64,000 bases of DNA from Clostridiales bacterium. Lineage in GTDB: Bacteria; Bacillota; Clostridia; Lachnospirales; Lachnospiraceae. The notes beneath the pieces were generated by a model that worked only from the letters and a program-made list of their open reading frames with translations, did no database searches and had not been told where the DNA came from. Positions 49,600 through 59,820 of this stretch are shown here, one piece after another. Position numbers and translations under genes: made by a program. Location of the stretch: assembly GCA_019423835.1 (NCBI GenBank), contig JAHZAR010000004.1, positions 813 through 64,812 on the forward strand, written 5' to 3'. Position 1 is the stretch's first letter, and every line of letters starts with the position of its first letter.

Positions 49600-50462
49600 T
49601 GATAGTGCACTCCTTTCTTCTCCCATGCAAAGCCTGCCATAGTGGCCGCAAAGGCAATCAGAAACGCCACGATAGCCGCCGGATTTGCATTGGTATAATT
49701 GGCTGTTCCCGCAATCTGCTTGTAAATATACTGCATCATGGTGATCGTAGCGTTCTGAGGCCCTCCGTTTGTAAGCACGTTGGAAAGACTCATCATCATG
49801 ACGCTGAAGGAAATATCCGTAATAATCAGATAAAACATGGTGGGAGAGGTCAGCGGCAGATAGATTTTAAAAATCATCTGAAGCGGCGTAGCTCCCTCCA
49901 GGGAAGCACTCTCTATAATGTCCGGTGAAATTCCTCTGACAGCCGACAGAAGAAAGATAAAGGCATATCCCGTTGACAGCCAGATCTGGACAATGGAAAT
50001 GGACAGCAGCGCAAACTTGGGATCGTTGAGCCACTGGATATCCAGCCCGAAAAGCCCGTTGATCAGGCCCAGGGACGGCACATAGAGAAGCTGGAAAATC
50101 ATAGCTGTCACAGAGGATGCCATTGCCATGGGAACGGCAAAGGACGCCTCGTAGAAGGCTGAGGTTCTGCGCCTCTTATTTGCCAAAAGCGCCAGCAGAA
50201 GTCCCAGGATCTTCGATGTGGGCACTGTCAGCAGCGTAAAGATCAGAGTGTTGATGATGGATTTTACAAACACCTTGTCCTCAAAAATATACGCATAGTT
50301 TTCCAGTCCCACAAACCGCTTCAGATGACCGAAAGAATCTACGATAAACAGACTCTTAAATGCAGTCACGAGAAACGGATAAAATGTAAATACAGCAAAC
50401 AGTATAAACGCCGGCAGAAGCCAAAGATAAGGCTCAGCCTTTTTCAATATAGGTTTTTTCAC
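49596..50462 (-). CDS. Carbohydrate ABC permease (UgpA/MalF-like)
   Basis: FVGLENY, ESASLEGA loop; GTG 50462 after GGAGGGAG. Confidence 0.9.
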   Translation of the reverse strand: MKKPILKKAEPYLWLLPAFILFAVFTFYPFLVTAFKSLFIVDSFGHLKRFVGLENYAYIFEDKVFVKSIINTLIFTLLTVPTSKILGLLLALLANKRRRTSAFYEASFAVPMAMASSVTAMIFQLLYVPSLGLINGLFGLDIQWLNDPKFALLSISIVQIWLSTGYAFIFLLSAVRGISPDIIESASLEGATPLQMIFKIYLPLTSPTMFYLIITDISFSVMMMSLSNVLTNGGPQNATITMMQYIYKQIAGTANYTNANPAAIVAFLIAFAATMAGFAWEKKGVHYQ

Positions 50463-51282
50463 CGCATTCTCCCTCCAGAATAAAATGTCTGACCGCCTCA
50501 ATGACGCCCTGAACGGTTTCGCCCCGGCAGACATAGTCTGCCTTCTTTTTCAGTTCCTCTGCGGCATTTCCCACAGCGGCGCTCCATCCTGCGGCCTCAA
50601 ACATGTCCACATCATTGATATTGTCACCCACTGCCAGAATCTCCCCCGGCTGAATCCCGAGATAGTCCGCCAGGCGCCTGATGCCGCTTCCCTTGCTGCA
50701 CCCCTCAGGCATGGCCTCAAAACAGCGGTCATCGTACCGGACTACATAGATTCCGTTTTCCCGCTCCTTTAAAAGTCCTCTCAGCTCATCACATCTGCCC
50801 GGGCTGTCCGGATCAATGATCATGAGCTTCTGAAGCTCTATTGTCTCCCACTCATCTCCCTCCGGATGAATCACTGTTTCATAGAGCCCCGTTTTCTCCG
50901 TCTGTCTGCGGGTATAGTCATTCTGGCGGTAAACGCCCTCTGTGATCCCATCGTTGAGAAAAACTGCCAGGCCCAGCCGGTCAGCCTCCTCGGCTACCGC
51001 CCGGACGGCTCCGCCGGGAAGAATCTTCTTCCAGATGAAAGTCCTCTTCTCATACCCTGCCGCCCCGTTTGAGGCGATCACCGGAAGAGTAATGTCAAGG
51101 GCCTCCATGTATTGCCTCATCATCCCCACAGGTCTTCCGCTGGCAAGCGTAAAGGCAATGCCCTGTTCTCTGAGAAGCCTGGAGAGTTCTTTTATCCCCT
51201 CTTCCATCACGCAGTCGTCCCCCACCAGGGTTCCGTCTACATCGCTGACTACCAGCCGTATCTTCGAACTTCTCTGTTCCAT
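50434..51282 (-). CDS. Cof-type HAD-IIB phosphatase
   Basis: DVDGTL, ASGR, SKG, GDNIND. Confidence 0.9.
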   Translation of the reverse strand: MEQRSSKIRLVVSDVDGTLVGDDCVMEEGIKELSRLLREQGIAFTLASGRPVGMMRQYMEALDITLPVIASNGAAGYEKRTFIWKKILPGGAVRAVAEEADRLGLAVFLNDGITEGVYRQNDYTRRQTEKTGLYETVIHPEGDEWETIELQKLMIIDPDSPGRCDELRGLLKERENGIYVVRYDDRCFEAMPEGCSKGSGIRRLADYLGIQPGEILAVGDNINDVDMFEAAGWSAAVGNAAEELKKKADYVCRGETVQGVIEAVRHFILEGECGEKTYIEKG

Positions 51283-51315
51283 ACTGCCTTCCCTCTCTTT
51301 ATTTATTCTGTTCCA

Positions 51316-51378
51316 ATTATATTGAAATTTTCTTTTTGCGTCTTTCTCTCTTCCGACATGTTTTGCCGTTTTTCCGAC
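51316..51378 (-). promoter_or_regulatory. Activator-dependent promoter with 21-bp-spaced direct repeats
   Basis: TATAAT at 51316-51321, poor -35, TTCCGAC at 51351 and 51372. Confidence 0.55.
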
Positions 51379-51467
51379 TTTTTTCTCCTGCCAATTTTAC
51401 AAATGCAATAAAAAAATGCTATTTATATTTACGGTTTACGAATATAAATAGCACTTTTCAGACTTAA

Positions 51468-53084
51468 TTATGTTTTTTCGACATTAGGTTCCCGAAACTT
51501 TTTCCTGTACTGCTTGGGAGTGTATCCTGTTTCCTTCCTGAACATGCGGATAAAATGGGAAAAGTTATCATAGCCTACCTCGGCGGCAACTGCGCTGACT
51601 GCAAGGTCAGAATGCTTCAGCAGGTGCTCAGCCTGTTTCATCCTCTTTTTAATAGCGTATTCCTTGACTGTCATCCCCGTTTCGCTCTTGAACAGGCGAT
51701 TTACATAATCAGGGTTCAGGTTCAGTTTTTCGGCAATTTCCCGCCGGCTGATACCGGATTTCAGATTTTCCTTAATCAGGTTTTTAATGCGGCCTGCCAT
51801 CTCCTCCCCTCTGCCGCTTCCCTCCGGGAAGGACAGGCGGTTCATCAGCTCCATGCACCGTCTAATCCAGCTGCACATTCCATCGATGGAATAACAGGCG
51901 GTCTGATAATATTTATAGATCTCCGGATCTTCAAAAAGCTGGTGCGCCTTCAGCTCCCGGTACTCCATGCAGGCAAAAAACAGCTGAAGCAGATCCTGCT
52001 GCAGAATCCGGAAGCTCATCTCATCCAGCCTCTTTTTCTTGGCCTGCTCCACCAGAAACCGTCTGAGCTTCTCAATCAGACGGTCTGTCTGCCCTGCAAA
52101 AATCATCTCGCCCCAGTCAGAAGGCAGAATCACCCTTTCCTTCCACTGCTTTTCCCTGTTTTCACCGCACATCTGCTCCTTCTTCACATACTGGATGCTG
52201 TCCTGACAGAGCACATCATCCTTGCTGAACCTGAGAAGCCCGGAATAGGTCTTCTCCATCTCCTCGCAGAAAATGTTTTCACTTACATAGCACAGGATCT
52301 GTGCGCCAAGCATCTCCCGGCAGCGCTCAACCAGACGGGGGCCCACTTCCCGGAACCGCTCCCCCTCCTTTTCATCCAGGATCACGACTACTCTGGTATA
52401 GATCACAATGACCTGGCTGGTCTGGACATTCCCCTTTACAATCCCCTTGGCCAGGTTCTGGATTGCTGCCTGACACAGTTCCTCCCCCCAGCGCTTCTGT
52501 ACCTCCTCGACATTTTTTATAGTAATAAGCACCATGCGGCAGCGCGCATCTGCATCCAGATGGATATTGCACCCCTGAGCCTTCCTGCTGATAGTTTCCG
52601 GATCGTTCCTGATTCTTCCCAGGCAGACGTCCTTCCAGAACAGCTCCTTGATGGCCATGTGGTTCTCCATCCAGCAGTCCCCGTAGTCTCTTTTGAGCTC
52701 TTCCTCCTGCTTCTCTTTATACCTTTTTATCACACCCCTGGCTGCCTCCCAGAGTTCTGCTGCGTCCACAGGCTTTAAAAGGAAGTCTCCGGCCTCCAGG
52801 TGAAGGGCTTCCCTGGCTATTTTCGGGCTGCACTGGCTGCTGATGAGGATCACGCCTCCCCTGTATTTTTTCTGTCTCAGCTCCCTGATTGCCTGGACTC
52901 CCTCCTCTCCCGGCATATCTGCATCGCAGATCAGAATGTCAAACTCTTCCTTTTTGGCCAGAGACAGGGTCTGCTCCCGGCTGTAGGCTGAGGCGATCTC
53001 CGGGATCTCTTCCATCTTTCTTCCGAGAGCTAATTTCAGAGCGCGGATCGTGGCTCTGTCGTGGCTGATAATCATTACGCGCAT
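51468..53084 (-). CDS. AraC-family response regulator (YesN-like) with an atypical receiver domain
   Basis: CDADMPG, FLLKP, C-terminal AraC HTH (VGYDNFSHF..GYTPKQYR). Confidence 0.88.
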   Translation of the reverse strand: MRVMIISHDRATIRALKLALGRKMEEIPEIASAYSREQTLSLAKKEEFDILICDADMPGEEGVQAIRELRQKKYRGGVILISSQCSPKIAREALHLEAGDFLLKPVDAAELWEAARGVIKRYKEKQEEELKRDYGDCWMENHMAIKELFWKDVCLGRIRNDPETISRKAQGCNIHLDADARCRMVLITIKNVEEVQKRWGEELCQAAIQNLAKGIVKGNVQTSQVIVIYTRVVVILDEKEGERFREVGPRLVERCREMLGAQILCYVSENIFCEEMEKTYSGLLRFSKDDVLCQDSIQYVKKEQMCGENREKQWKERVILPSDWGEMIFAGQTDRLIEKLRRFLVEQAKKKRLDEMSFRILQQDLLQLFFACMEYRELKAHQLFEDPEIYKYYQTACYSIDGMCSWIRRCMELMNRLSFPEGSGRGEEMAGRIKNLIKENLKSGISRREIAEKLNLNPDYVNRLFKSETGMTVKEYAIKKRMKQAEHLLKHSDLAVSAVAAEVGYDNFSHFIRMFRKETGYTPKQYRKKFREPNVEKT

Positions 53085-53187
53085 GGTGTCTGTTCTCCGT
53101 TTCATACCGGCTGCACCTGCTATTCTTCCAGCTTCCGCCTTTCTGCAGGTCAAAAGCCGTCACAGCCGTTCCATATGATTCGGTATT

Positions 53188-53216
53188 ATTATAACCGGAA
53201 AGGGAGGGCTTGACAA
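53188..53216 (-). promoter_or_regulatory. sigma-A promoter of the response regulator
   Basis: TTGTCA-17 bp-TATAAT. Confidence 0.75.
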
Positions 53217-53257
53217 TCAGTCAGTCAGAGCCTCTTCTTATCACTTACCGGCATTCT

Positions 53258-54970
53258 TTACACCTGGGCCAGAGCGATAAAGCACTCATAAGGCCTGAGC
53301 CTTCTTCCCGCCGCAGCCTCATAAAGGCCCCTTTCGTCAGCCTGTGAATTCTCTCCCTGTGACGTTCCGGCTTCTGTCTCATAGTTTCCAAGCAGCAGAC
53401 TTGCCCCTTCTGGTATAAGCCCCGGCGGAAGCTCTGCCTCCTCCCGGAAGAAATTGCAGACCACATAGAGCTCTGTCTTCCCGTTTTCCTCCAGCACTCT
53501 CCTGTAGGCCAGAATCCGGCCGTCATCCCTGAGAAGGGCTTCAAAATGGCCTCTGGAAAGAACCGGAAGCTGCTTTCTCAGCTCAATCAGCTTTCTGTAA
53601 TACTGAAAAACAGAATCTGGCTTTTCCCGATCCTCTGTATTAATCTCCCGGAAATTTTCGTTGACGCTGATCCACGGGGTTCCCGATGTGAATCCTCCGT
53701 TTTTTGTGCTGTCCCACTGCATAGGTGTTCTCGCGTTGTCCCTGGATTTTTTTCTGAGGCTTTCATAGATCTGCTCTGATGTTTTTCCCTTAAGCCTCAG
53801 CTCCTGGAATACGTTCAGCGTCTCGATATCACGGTACTGGCCAATCTCTGTAAAACCGGCATTGGTCATTCCGATCTCCTCTCCCTGGTAGATGTAGGGT
53901 GTCCCCCGCAGACCGTGAAGGGCCGTGGCCAGCATTTTAGCCGACAGTTTCCTTAAGGAGCCCTCGTCCCCGAGCCGTGATACGATTCTCGGCTGATCGT
54001 GGTTGTCCCAGAACAGTGCGTTCCATCCTCCCCCCTGTTCCATCCCCTCCTGCCAGGCAAACAGATTCTTCTTCAGATCGTGAAACCGGAAGGGCTGAAC
54101 CTCCCACTTGTTGCCTGACGGGTAGTCGATCTTCAAGTGGTGAAAATCAAAGATCATAGACAGCTCCTGCTCTTCCCGTCTGGAATAGCGGATGCTGTTG
54201 GGAAGATTGCTGGATGCCATCTCCCCAGCGGTAATAATATCCTCATGGGGGCCGAAGGGCTCGCGGTTCAGCTCATGGTGAAATTCATGGATTCTCGCCC
54301 CGTCTGTGTAAAACCGGTGGCCGTCCCCCTCCAGATCGTCCTCATAGATCGCAGGCTTTGAGATCAGATTAATCACATCAAAGCGGAATCCCTTCACCCC
54401 CTTCTCAATCCAGAAGTTTACCACGTCATAGAGCTCCCGGCGGACATTGGGGTTTTCCCAGTTCAGATCCGCCTGGCTCACATGAAACAGGTGAAGATAA
54501 TACTCGTCTGTCCGGGGCAGGTATCCCCAGGCGCTTCCCCCGAATTTGGAGGTCCAGTTGGTAGGAGGGAGCCCCTCCTTCGTCCCCTTTTTGATAATGA
54601 AAAAGTCCCTGTAGTAGGGATCGCCCTGGAGCGCCCTCTGAAACCATTCATGCTTAGTGGAGCAGTGGTTGAATACCATGTCCACCATCAGGCTGATCCC
54701 CCGCTTTTCTGCCTCTCTCACCAGCTCATCGAAGTCGTCCATGGTTCCATACATGGGATCGATGCCCCTGTAATCTGTAATATCATATCCATTGTCATAC
54801 TGCAGAGAGGGGAAAAACGGAGTCAGCCACAGATAATCCACTCCCAGCTCCTCCAGATAGTCCAGCTTTTCCGTCACGCCTCTCAAATCCCCAATCCCGT
54901 CTCCATCTGAATCCCTGTAGGACTTCGGCTAAATCTGATAGACCACCTTATCTCCTAAATTGAGTTCCAT
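53258..54970 (-). pseudogene. treC: alpha,alpha-phosphotrehalase (GH13) with an in-frame TAG at codon 14
   Basis: MELNLGDKVVYQI*PKSYRDSDGDGIGDL; the rest is intact (GFRFDVIN, NHDQPR, SRDNARTPMQW); downstream of treP. Confidence 0.85.
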
Positions 54971-55021
54971 TTCCTGTTCTTCCTTTCCTGAATCCTTCCT
55001 GCCCGCTGTCTTCCACTCCGT

Positions 55022-56455
55022 CTAACGGGTTCCGTAATTTTTCAGCTTTGTTTTTGACAGAATTACCGTAATTCCAAAAGCCAGCACCATGTCAAGCAGA
55101 ATGCATACAAGATACACTAATATCTTGTCTCCCCGCATGGACAGAAACGCCGGGATTCCTCCAACTCCCACACTGTTGGCAATCACGCCGAACAGTCTGG
55201 AGATTACTCCCATGATTCCGCTGGCGAGCATGGCCCCGATAAACGGATACAGGTATTTTAAATTTACACCGAACATGGCCGGCTCTGTAACTCCCAGAAA
55301 GCCGGAGATAAAGGAAGGAATACCGATCTCACGGATTCTGGCATCTTTTCTGTTCACAAACACAAAGGCAGCTACTGCCGTTGCCTGGGCAATATTGCTC
55401 AGGGCTACCACAGGAAAGGTGTAAATTCCTCCCATGGTGGCGACGGTCTGAAGGTCAATGGGAAGCATGGAGTGGTGAAGTCCTGTGATCACTAAAAGCG
55501 GATATAACAGACCGTAAATTCCGCTGAACAGCCAGCAGAGAGAAGAAGAAAAGCCCGCCATGATGATCCCTGCCAGTCCGTCTCCAAGCATTCTGCCAAA
55601 GGGCCCGATTACCGTATGGGCCAGCAGCACCGCCGGAACCAGGGAACAGAAGGGAACCAGAATCATGGAAACCGCATCCGGAATCCTCTTCTTTAAAAAA
55701 CGATAGATGAAGGAAAACACGATTCCCACCAGGATGGCCGGAATCACCTGGGACTGGTATCCTACCATATTGATGTGGAACCATCCGAAATCCCACATTT
55801 TTACAGCCTCCCCTGCCGCTTTTGCGGCCACAAAGTCGCTGGCCGGCATCAGCTGCGGGGAAACCAGAGTAATGCCAAGCACAATCCCAAGCATCTGATC
55901 TGCGTTCATCTTTCTGCACACAGACCAGGTAACACCCACCGGAAGGAAGGTAAAGATGGCCTCGCCAATCAGCCACAGAAAGCTGTATACACCGTTCCAG
56001 AACTGGTAAACCTCTGTCACTGACTTCGTTCCGCCCTCCAGCAGCTTAATATCTCCGATAATGTTGCGGAATCCCAGAATCAGACCTCCCACGATAATCG
56101 CCGGAATCAGCGGCGCAAAAATTTCGGCCAGATTGGCAACCGCTCTCTGCAGCAGGTTCATATTCCCTTTCGCCGCATTCTTGACCTCCTGCTTATCCAC
56201 ACCTTCCATGTGGCTCACAGCGGAAAATTCATCAAAAAATACAGAAACCTTATTTCCGATTATAACCTGGAACTGACCTCCCTGCGTAAAGCTCCCCTTC
56301 ACACTCTCAAGAGCCTCAATTCCCTTCACATCCGCTTTCTTCTCATCTGCCAGGACAAACCGCATCCTGGTAGCGCAGTGGGTGAATGACACAATATTTT
56401 CCCTGCCGCCCACCAGCTCCAACAGCCTTCTGGCATCACCTGCAAACTCTGACAT
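55022..56455 (-). CDS. treP: PTS trehalose-specific EIIBC
   Basis: HCATRMRF, GYQSQVIPA, TGLHH, GVTEPAMFGV; between treR and treC; ATG 56455 after AGGAGG. Confidence 0.9.
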   Translation of the reverse strand: MSEFAGDARRLLELVGGRENIVSFTHCATRMRFVLADEKKADVKGIEALESVKGSFTQGGQFQVIIGNKVSVFFDEFSAVSHMEGVDKQEVKNAAKGNMNLLQRAVANLAEIFAPLIPAIIVGGLILGFRNIIGDIKLLEGGTKSVTEVYQFWNGVYSFLWLIGEAIFTFLPVGVTWSVCRKMNADQMLGIVLGITLVSPQLMPASDFVAAKAAGEAVKMWDFGWFHINMVGYQSQVIPAILVGIVFSFIYRFLKKRIPDAVSMILVPFCSLVPAVLLAHTVIGPFGRMLGDGLAGIIMAGFSSSLCWLFSGIYGLLYPLLVITGLHHSMLPIDLQTVATMGGIYTFPVVALSNIAQATAVAAFVFVNRKDARIREIGIPSFISGFLGVTEPAMFGVNLKYLYPFIGAMLASGIMGVISRLFGVIANSVGVGGIPAFLSMRGDKILVYLVCILLDMVLAFGITVILSKTKLKNYGTR

Positions 56456-56555
56456 TTTGATCCTCCTTTTCCCTTTTCTCCGGAAAAATTCTTCTGCTTC
56501 GGGCAGAGACATGAGCGCCCTGCCCCTGCGCTGAGTTGCGCCCGTCTTTAGTTTT

Positions 56556-56609
56556 AACTTATACGTATATGTTTGACTATAAGTTATCATATCCGTATTT
56601 CTCCGTCAA
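56556..56609 (-). promoter_or_regulatory. treP promoter and probable TreR operator
   Basis: TTGACG-17 bp-TAACTT; near-palindrome AACTTATACGTATATGTT at 56556-56573, just past the predicted start site. Confidence 0.7.
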
Positions 56610-56665
56610 GGAAAAAGGCATAAAAAAAAGACGCCCCTGCTATTTTCGGCGTCTTTTATAATTTA

Positions 56666-57379
56666 TCACTTCTTTCTTTGTGCGATTTCCACAAACCGGA
56701 ACTGATCCGGCCTGTGCCTTGACTCTGTGTACTGGAACAGCCTGTTATCCCTGGTATACGTATAGCTTCGTACAACAACCACCAGACCGTACTGCTTCAG
56801 ATCCAGATACCTCCTGTCCTGATCCGTTGCTTCCTCCACCACAATCTCCTTGGCTGCATAGCCGATTTTCAGTCCTGCCTCCCCCTCCAGGTACTCATAG
56901 ACCGACTCCCGGCAGGCTCTGAGGGGAAGGTTCTTCACAATGCTTCTCTTGAAGTAGTCGTGGTCGATAATGACCCTCTCGCCCCCTATCCTGCGCACCC
57001 GCACCAGATCATAGATCTCCTTCTCCTCGTCATCCTCAAACAGGCGGAAAATCAGCTCGGGGTCGGAGAGGATTTCCAGATTCTCAACCTCTGTCTCCGT
57101 CTTTCTCTTCAGCTGTGTGTTCAGCTCCTTAAAGCTTAGAATCTCCGCGAAGGGGAAATTCCCCTCCCCTCTTTCTACCACAACGGCCACGCGTCCTCTG
57201 GATTTCTTGATATAGCCCTGATTTTCCAGCATTCCCAGGGATTTTCTGACTGTGTCCCTGGAAACCTGAAACCGGCTCTGAAGCTCTCCCTCTGACGGAA
57301 ATTCCTCCCCGATGGCATACTCTCCGCTCTCGATCTGCTTTTTCAGTGTATTGTAAACCTGTACGTATTTGCTGGACAT
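56666..57379 (-). CDS. treR: Trehalose operon repressor (GntR/UTRA)
   Basis: PSEGEL, VSRDTVRK, SFKEL, QYTESRHRPD. Confidence 0.92.
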   Translation of the reverse strand: MSSKYVQVYNTLKKQIESGEYAIGEEFPSEGELQSRFQVSRDTVRKSLGMLENQGYIKKSRGRVAVVVERGEGNFPFAEILSFKELNTQLKRKTETEVENLEILSDPELIFRLFEDDEEKEIYDLVRVRRIGGERVIIDHDYFKRSIVKNLPLRACRESVYEYLEGEAGLKIGYAAKEIVVEEATDQDRRYLDLKQYGLVVVVRSYTYTRDNRLFQYTESRHRPDQFRFVEIAQRKK

Positions 57380-57495
57380 ACTGTTCCCTGACCTTTCCTG
57401 TTTGGTACGTATCTTCTGTCTACAATTTAACACCAGATGATAAAAAGCTCAACTGTTTTTGCTCGGACGCCTGATTTGAGAGATACAGCTTGCGG

Positions 57496-58464
57496 CTATT
57501 TTTTCAGATATTCAAGATTTACCGCATGCTCCGGCATCTGGCCGTTTATGACTCTTTCTATCTCTTTCGCCAGCATCGGCAGGATTTCATCGCCGATATC
57601 TGCGGTTCCCCCTCCCACGTGAGGCGTCACCACAATCCCCGGCGTCGTGAGGAGACTATCGTCTTCCTTCAGCGGCTCGTTTTCCACAACGTCCAGTCCT
57701 GCTCCTGCCAGCTTTCCGCTGCGCACTGCCTCAGCCAGCGCCTGATCGTCTACCAGGCCGCCTCTTGCCGTGTTGACGAGAATTGCCCCGTCCTTCATCT
57801 GACTGATCTCCTCTGCGCCGATCATATGGCGGTTGCTGTCTGTAAGCGGCACATGAAGAGAAATCACATCGGAGGTCTTTAAGAGCGTCTCCAGCGGCAC
57901 ATAGCGAAGCCCAAGCTCCTGCTCCCGCTCTGGAGACAGGCGGAACGGGTCATAGTACTGAACCTCCGCTCCAAAGGCCTGGGCCTTCTTTGCGGTCTGA
58001 CGCCCGATATTTCCGGCTCCTATAATTCCTACCAGCTTTCTGTTCAGGGTATAGGACTGATTGATATAGGTGTTTTTGCTCCAGACACCTTTTCTCAGAC
58101 TGTCCATGTGATCGATGAGATGGCGTCCTACCGCCAGCATCAGCATAACGGCCAGCTCCGATACCGCCGGAGCGTTGGCGCCGGGCGTATTGGCCACCAC
58201 GACACCGTTCTTTCCTGCCGCTTCAATATCCACCGAGTCAAAACCGGCTCCCCAGCGGATAATCATCTTTAACCCCTTGTTCCTCTCGATAACATCCTGC
58301 CTTGCCTTGAAGATCCTGAGAACCATAATGTCGGCATCTGTCATCTTCTGATACTCTTCCTCTGTCTCCACCTTTGTAAGTGTGCAGTCCAGATTTTCAA
58401 ACATGGCTTTCAGTCTTTCATATGTATGAGCCGGATAATTGCCGGCCAGCACAACCTTTGTCAT
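57496..58464 (-). CDS. D-isomer-specific 2-hydroxyacid dehydrogenase
   Basis: GAGFD, GAGNIG, NTARGGLVD, DVVENEP, TPHVG. Confidence 0.9.
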   Translation of the reverse strand: MTKVVLAGNYPAHTYERLKAMFENLDCTLTKVETEEEYQKMTDADIMVLRIFKARQDVIERNKGLKMIIRWGAGFDSVDIEAAGKNGVVVANTPGANAPAVSELAVMLMLAVGRHLIDHMDSLRKGVWSKNTYINQSYTLNRKLVGIIGAGNIGRQTAKKAQAFGAEVQYYDPFRLSPEREQELGLRYVPLETLLKTSDVISLHVPLTDSNRHMIGAEEISQMKDGAILVNTARGGLVDDQALAEAVRSGKLAGAGLDVVENEPLKEDDSLLTTPGIVVTPHVGGGTADIGDEILPMLAKEIERVINGQMPEHAVNLEYLKK

Positions 58465-58554
58465 ATTTCACCGCTCCGTTTCTCTATATTCTGACTAGCA
58501 TTCTGATCCTGTTTTATAACCTGCTGTCTCTGTTCTCCAGATCCTCCGCCTTCT

Positions 58555-59568
58555 CTAGCGAAGTTTGTCGGCTGTCTGTTCCATCAGCTCCTTAGACGGG
58601 CTCTTCTTGTCGATTTCCGATACCTCGCAGATAAGCCTGAACAGATCGACTCCCTTTTCCTCTGCCACAGCCTGGAAGGTCTTTACAAAGCTGGAGTGGC
58701 AGCCGCTGTAGCCCAGAACCACGTCAAGAGGCTTCACCGGGTTATGATAGCTGTGCTTCTCCATAGCCGGCTCCAGTCTGTTTTTGATGAAGCTTAACAT
58801 GCCGTACAGATCGATTTCCTCCATCTGTCCCAGCCTTCTCATCATGGCGGCGCAGATCTCTGTCGGCAGGTTTCCTGCGCTTCTGGCCATTCCCATCAGG
58901 CCGCAGTCCAGAATATCCGCCCCGTTCTCAAAGGCGGCGATGGCGTTGGCAGCGGAAAGCCCCAGATTATTGTGGCAGTGGAAGGCTACCGGGATCGATA
59001 CAGCCTCCGACAGCTTTCTCGTGTACTCGGCTACCTGCTCCGGAAGCATGGTTCCTGCTGAGTCCATGATTGTAATCTCGTCAAGACCAGCCTCCTCCAG
59101 CCGCTTTCCCTCCTCAGCCAGCTCGTCGGCTGTCAGAAGATAAGCCTTCATGGCTGAATAGTAGGCTTTCATCCCTCTCTTTTTAATGTCTGCTATTGCC
59201 TGCAGAGCGATGGATCCGTCTCCTGCATCGGCTCCCACCCTCAGGAAGGCCAGGCCGTTCTCTGCCGCCATATCTACGTATTTTTCCCTGTACCGCTTTG
59301 CGTTCAGGAACATTCCGATCTCGCTGCCCCTGTTCAGATATTTTTTCGCGATTTCCAGATACTCGCTGTCTGTCAGCGCATTGGTAAAGCCGGCCACCTC
59401 ATAGGCGCCGATTCCGCCTGCGTTTCCAAACTCGATGATCGGCACTTTGCAGGAGGTAAGCCCGTCAAGCACCATATCTGTAATCTCCGCCGAAAATCCC
59501 TTGCCTACTACATTTGCCCCGTCTCTCAGGGTGCAGTCCATTAACTGAATTTTTTTCTTATTACTCAT
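58555..59568 (-). CDS. DRE-TIM aldolase (4-hydroxy-2-oxovalerate aldolase/DmpG-like)
   Basis: DCTLRDG, DSAG, HCHNNLG, AGNLPTE, GYSGCHSSF. Confidence 0.8.
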   Translation of the reverse strand: MSNKKKIQLMDCTLRDGANVVGKGFSAEITDMVLDGLTSCKVPIIEFGNAGGIGAYEVAGFTNALTDSEYLEIAKKYLNRGSEIGMFLNAKRYREKYVDMAAENGLAFLRVGADAGDGSIALQAIADIKKRGMKAYYSAMKAYLLTADELAEEGKRLEEAGLDEITIMDSAGTMLPEQVAEYTRKLSEAVSIPVAFHCHNNLGLSAANAIAAFENGADILDCGLMGMARSAGNLPTEICAAMMRRLGQMEEIDLYGMLSFIKNRLEPAMEKHSYHNPVKPLDVVLGYSGCHSSFVKTFQAVAEEKGVDLFRLICEVSEIDKKSPSKELMEQTADKLR

Positions 59569-59820
59569 CTCTGCTCTCCTGTCATTTCCTGTAAATTTTG
59601 GCTTCGCCAATCTTTTTTTTCTTCTGTAAATATGGTATCATCCTCATATAACAAAGTCTAACAGTAATTTTTTCTTATCTTAACAAGTCAAATATTGTGA
59701 TAATGGTTTTACCAGACTGCTCATGTCTGCAGAGAAAGCCAGGGGACACAGAGAAACCGGCTGCGAAAAATCAGCGCTTGGCTGGATATTCTCCGGCCAG
59801 TTCCCGGAACAGGAGGCATT

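Noticed and set aside
53194..53210. CCCTCCC in the regulator promoter spacer as a fifth anti-SD lock
   Set aside because: The RBS is ~100 nt away and there is no extended complementarity
54929..54931. Pyrrolysine or programmed amber read-through in treC
   Set aside because: The position is a conserved Tyr one substitution away, and there are no pyl genes in the window
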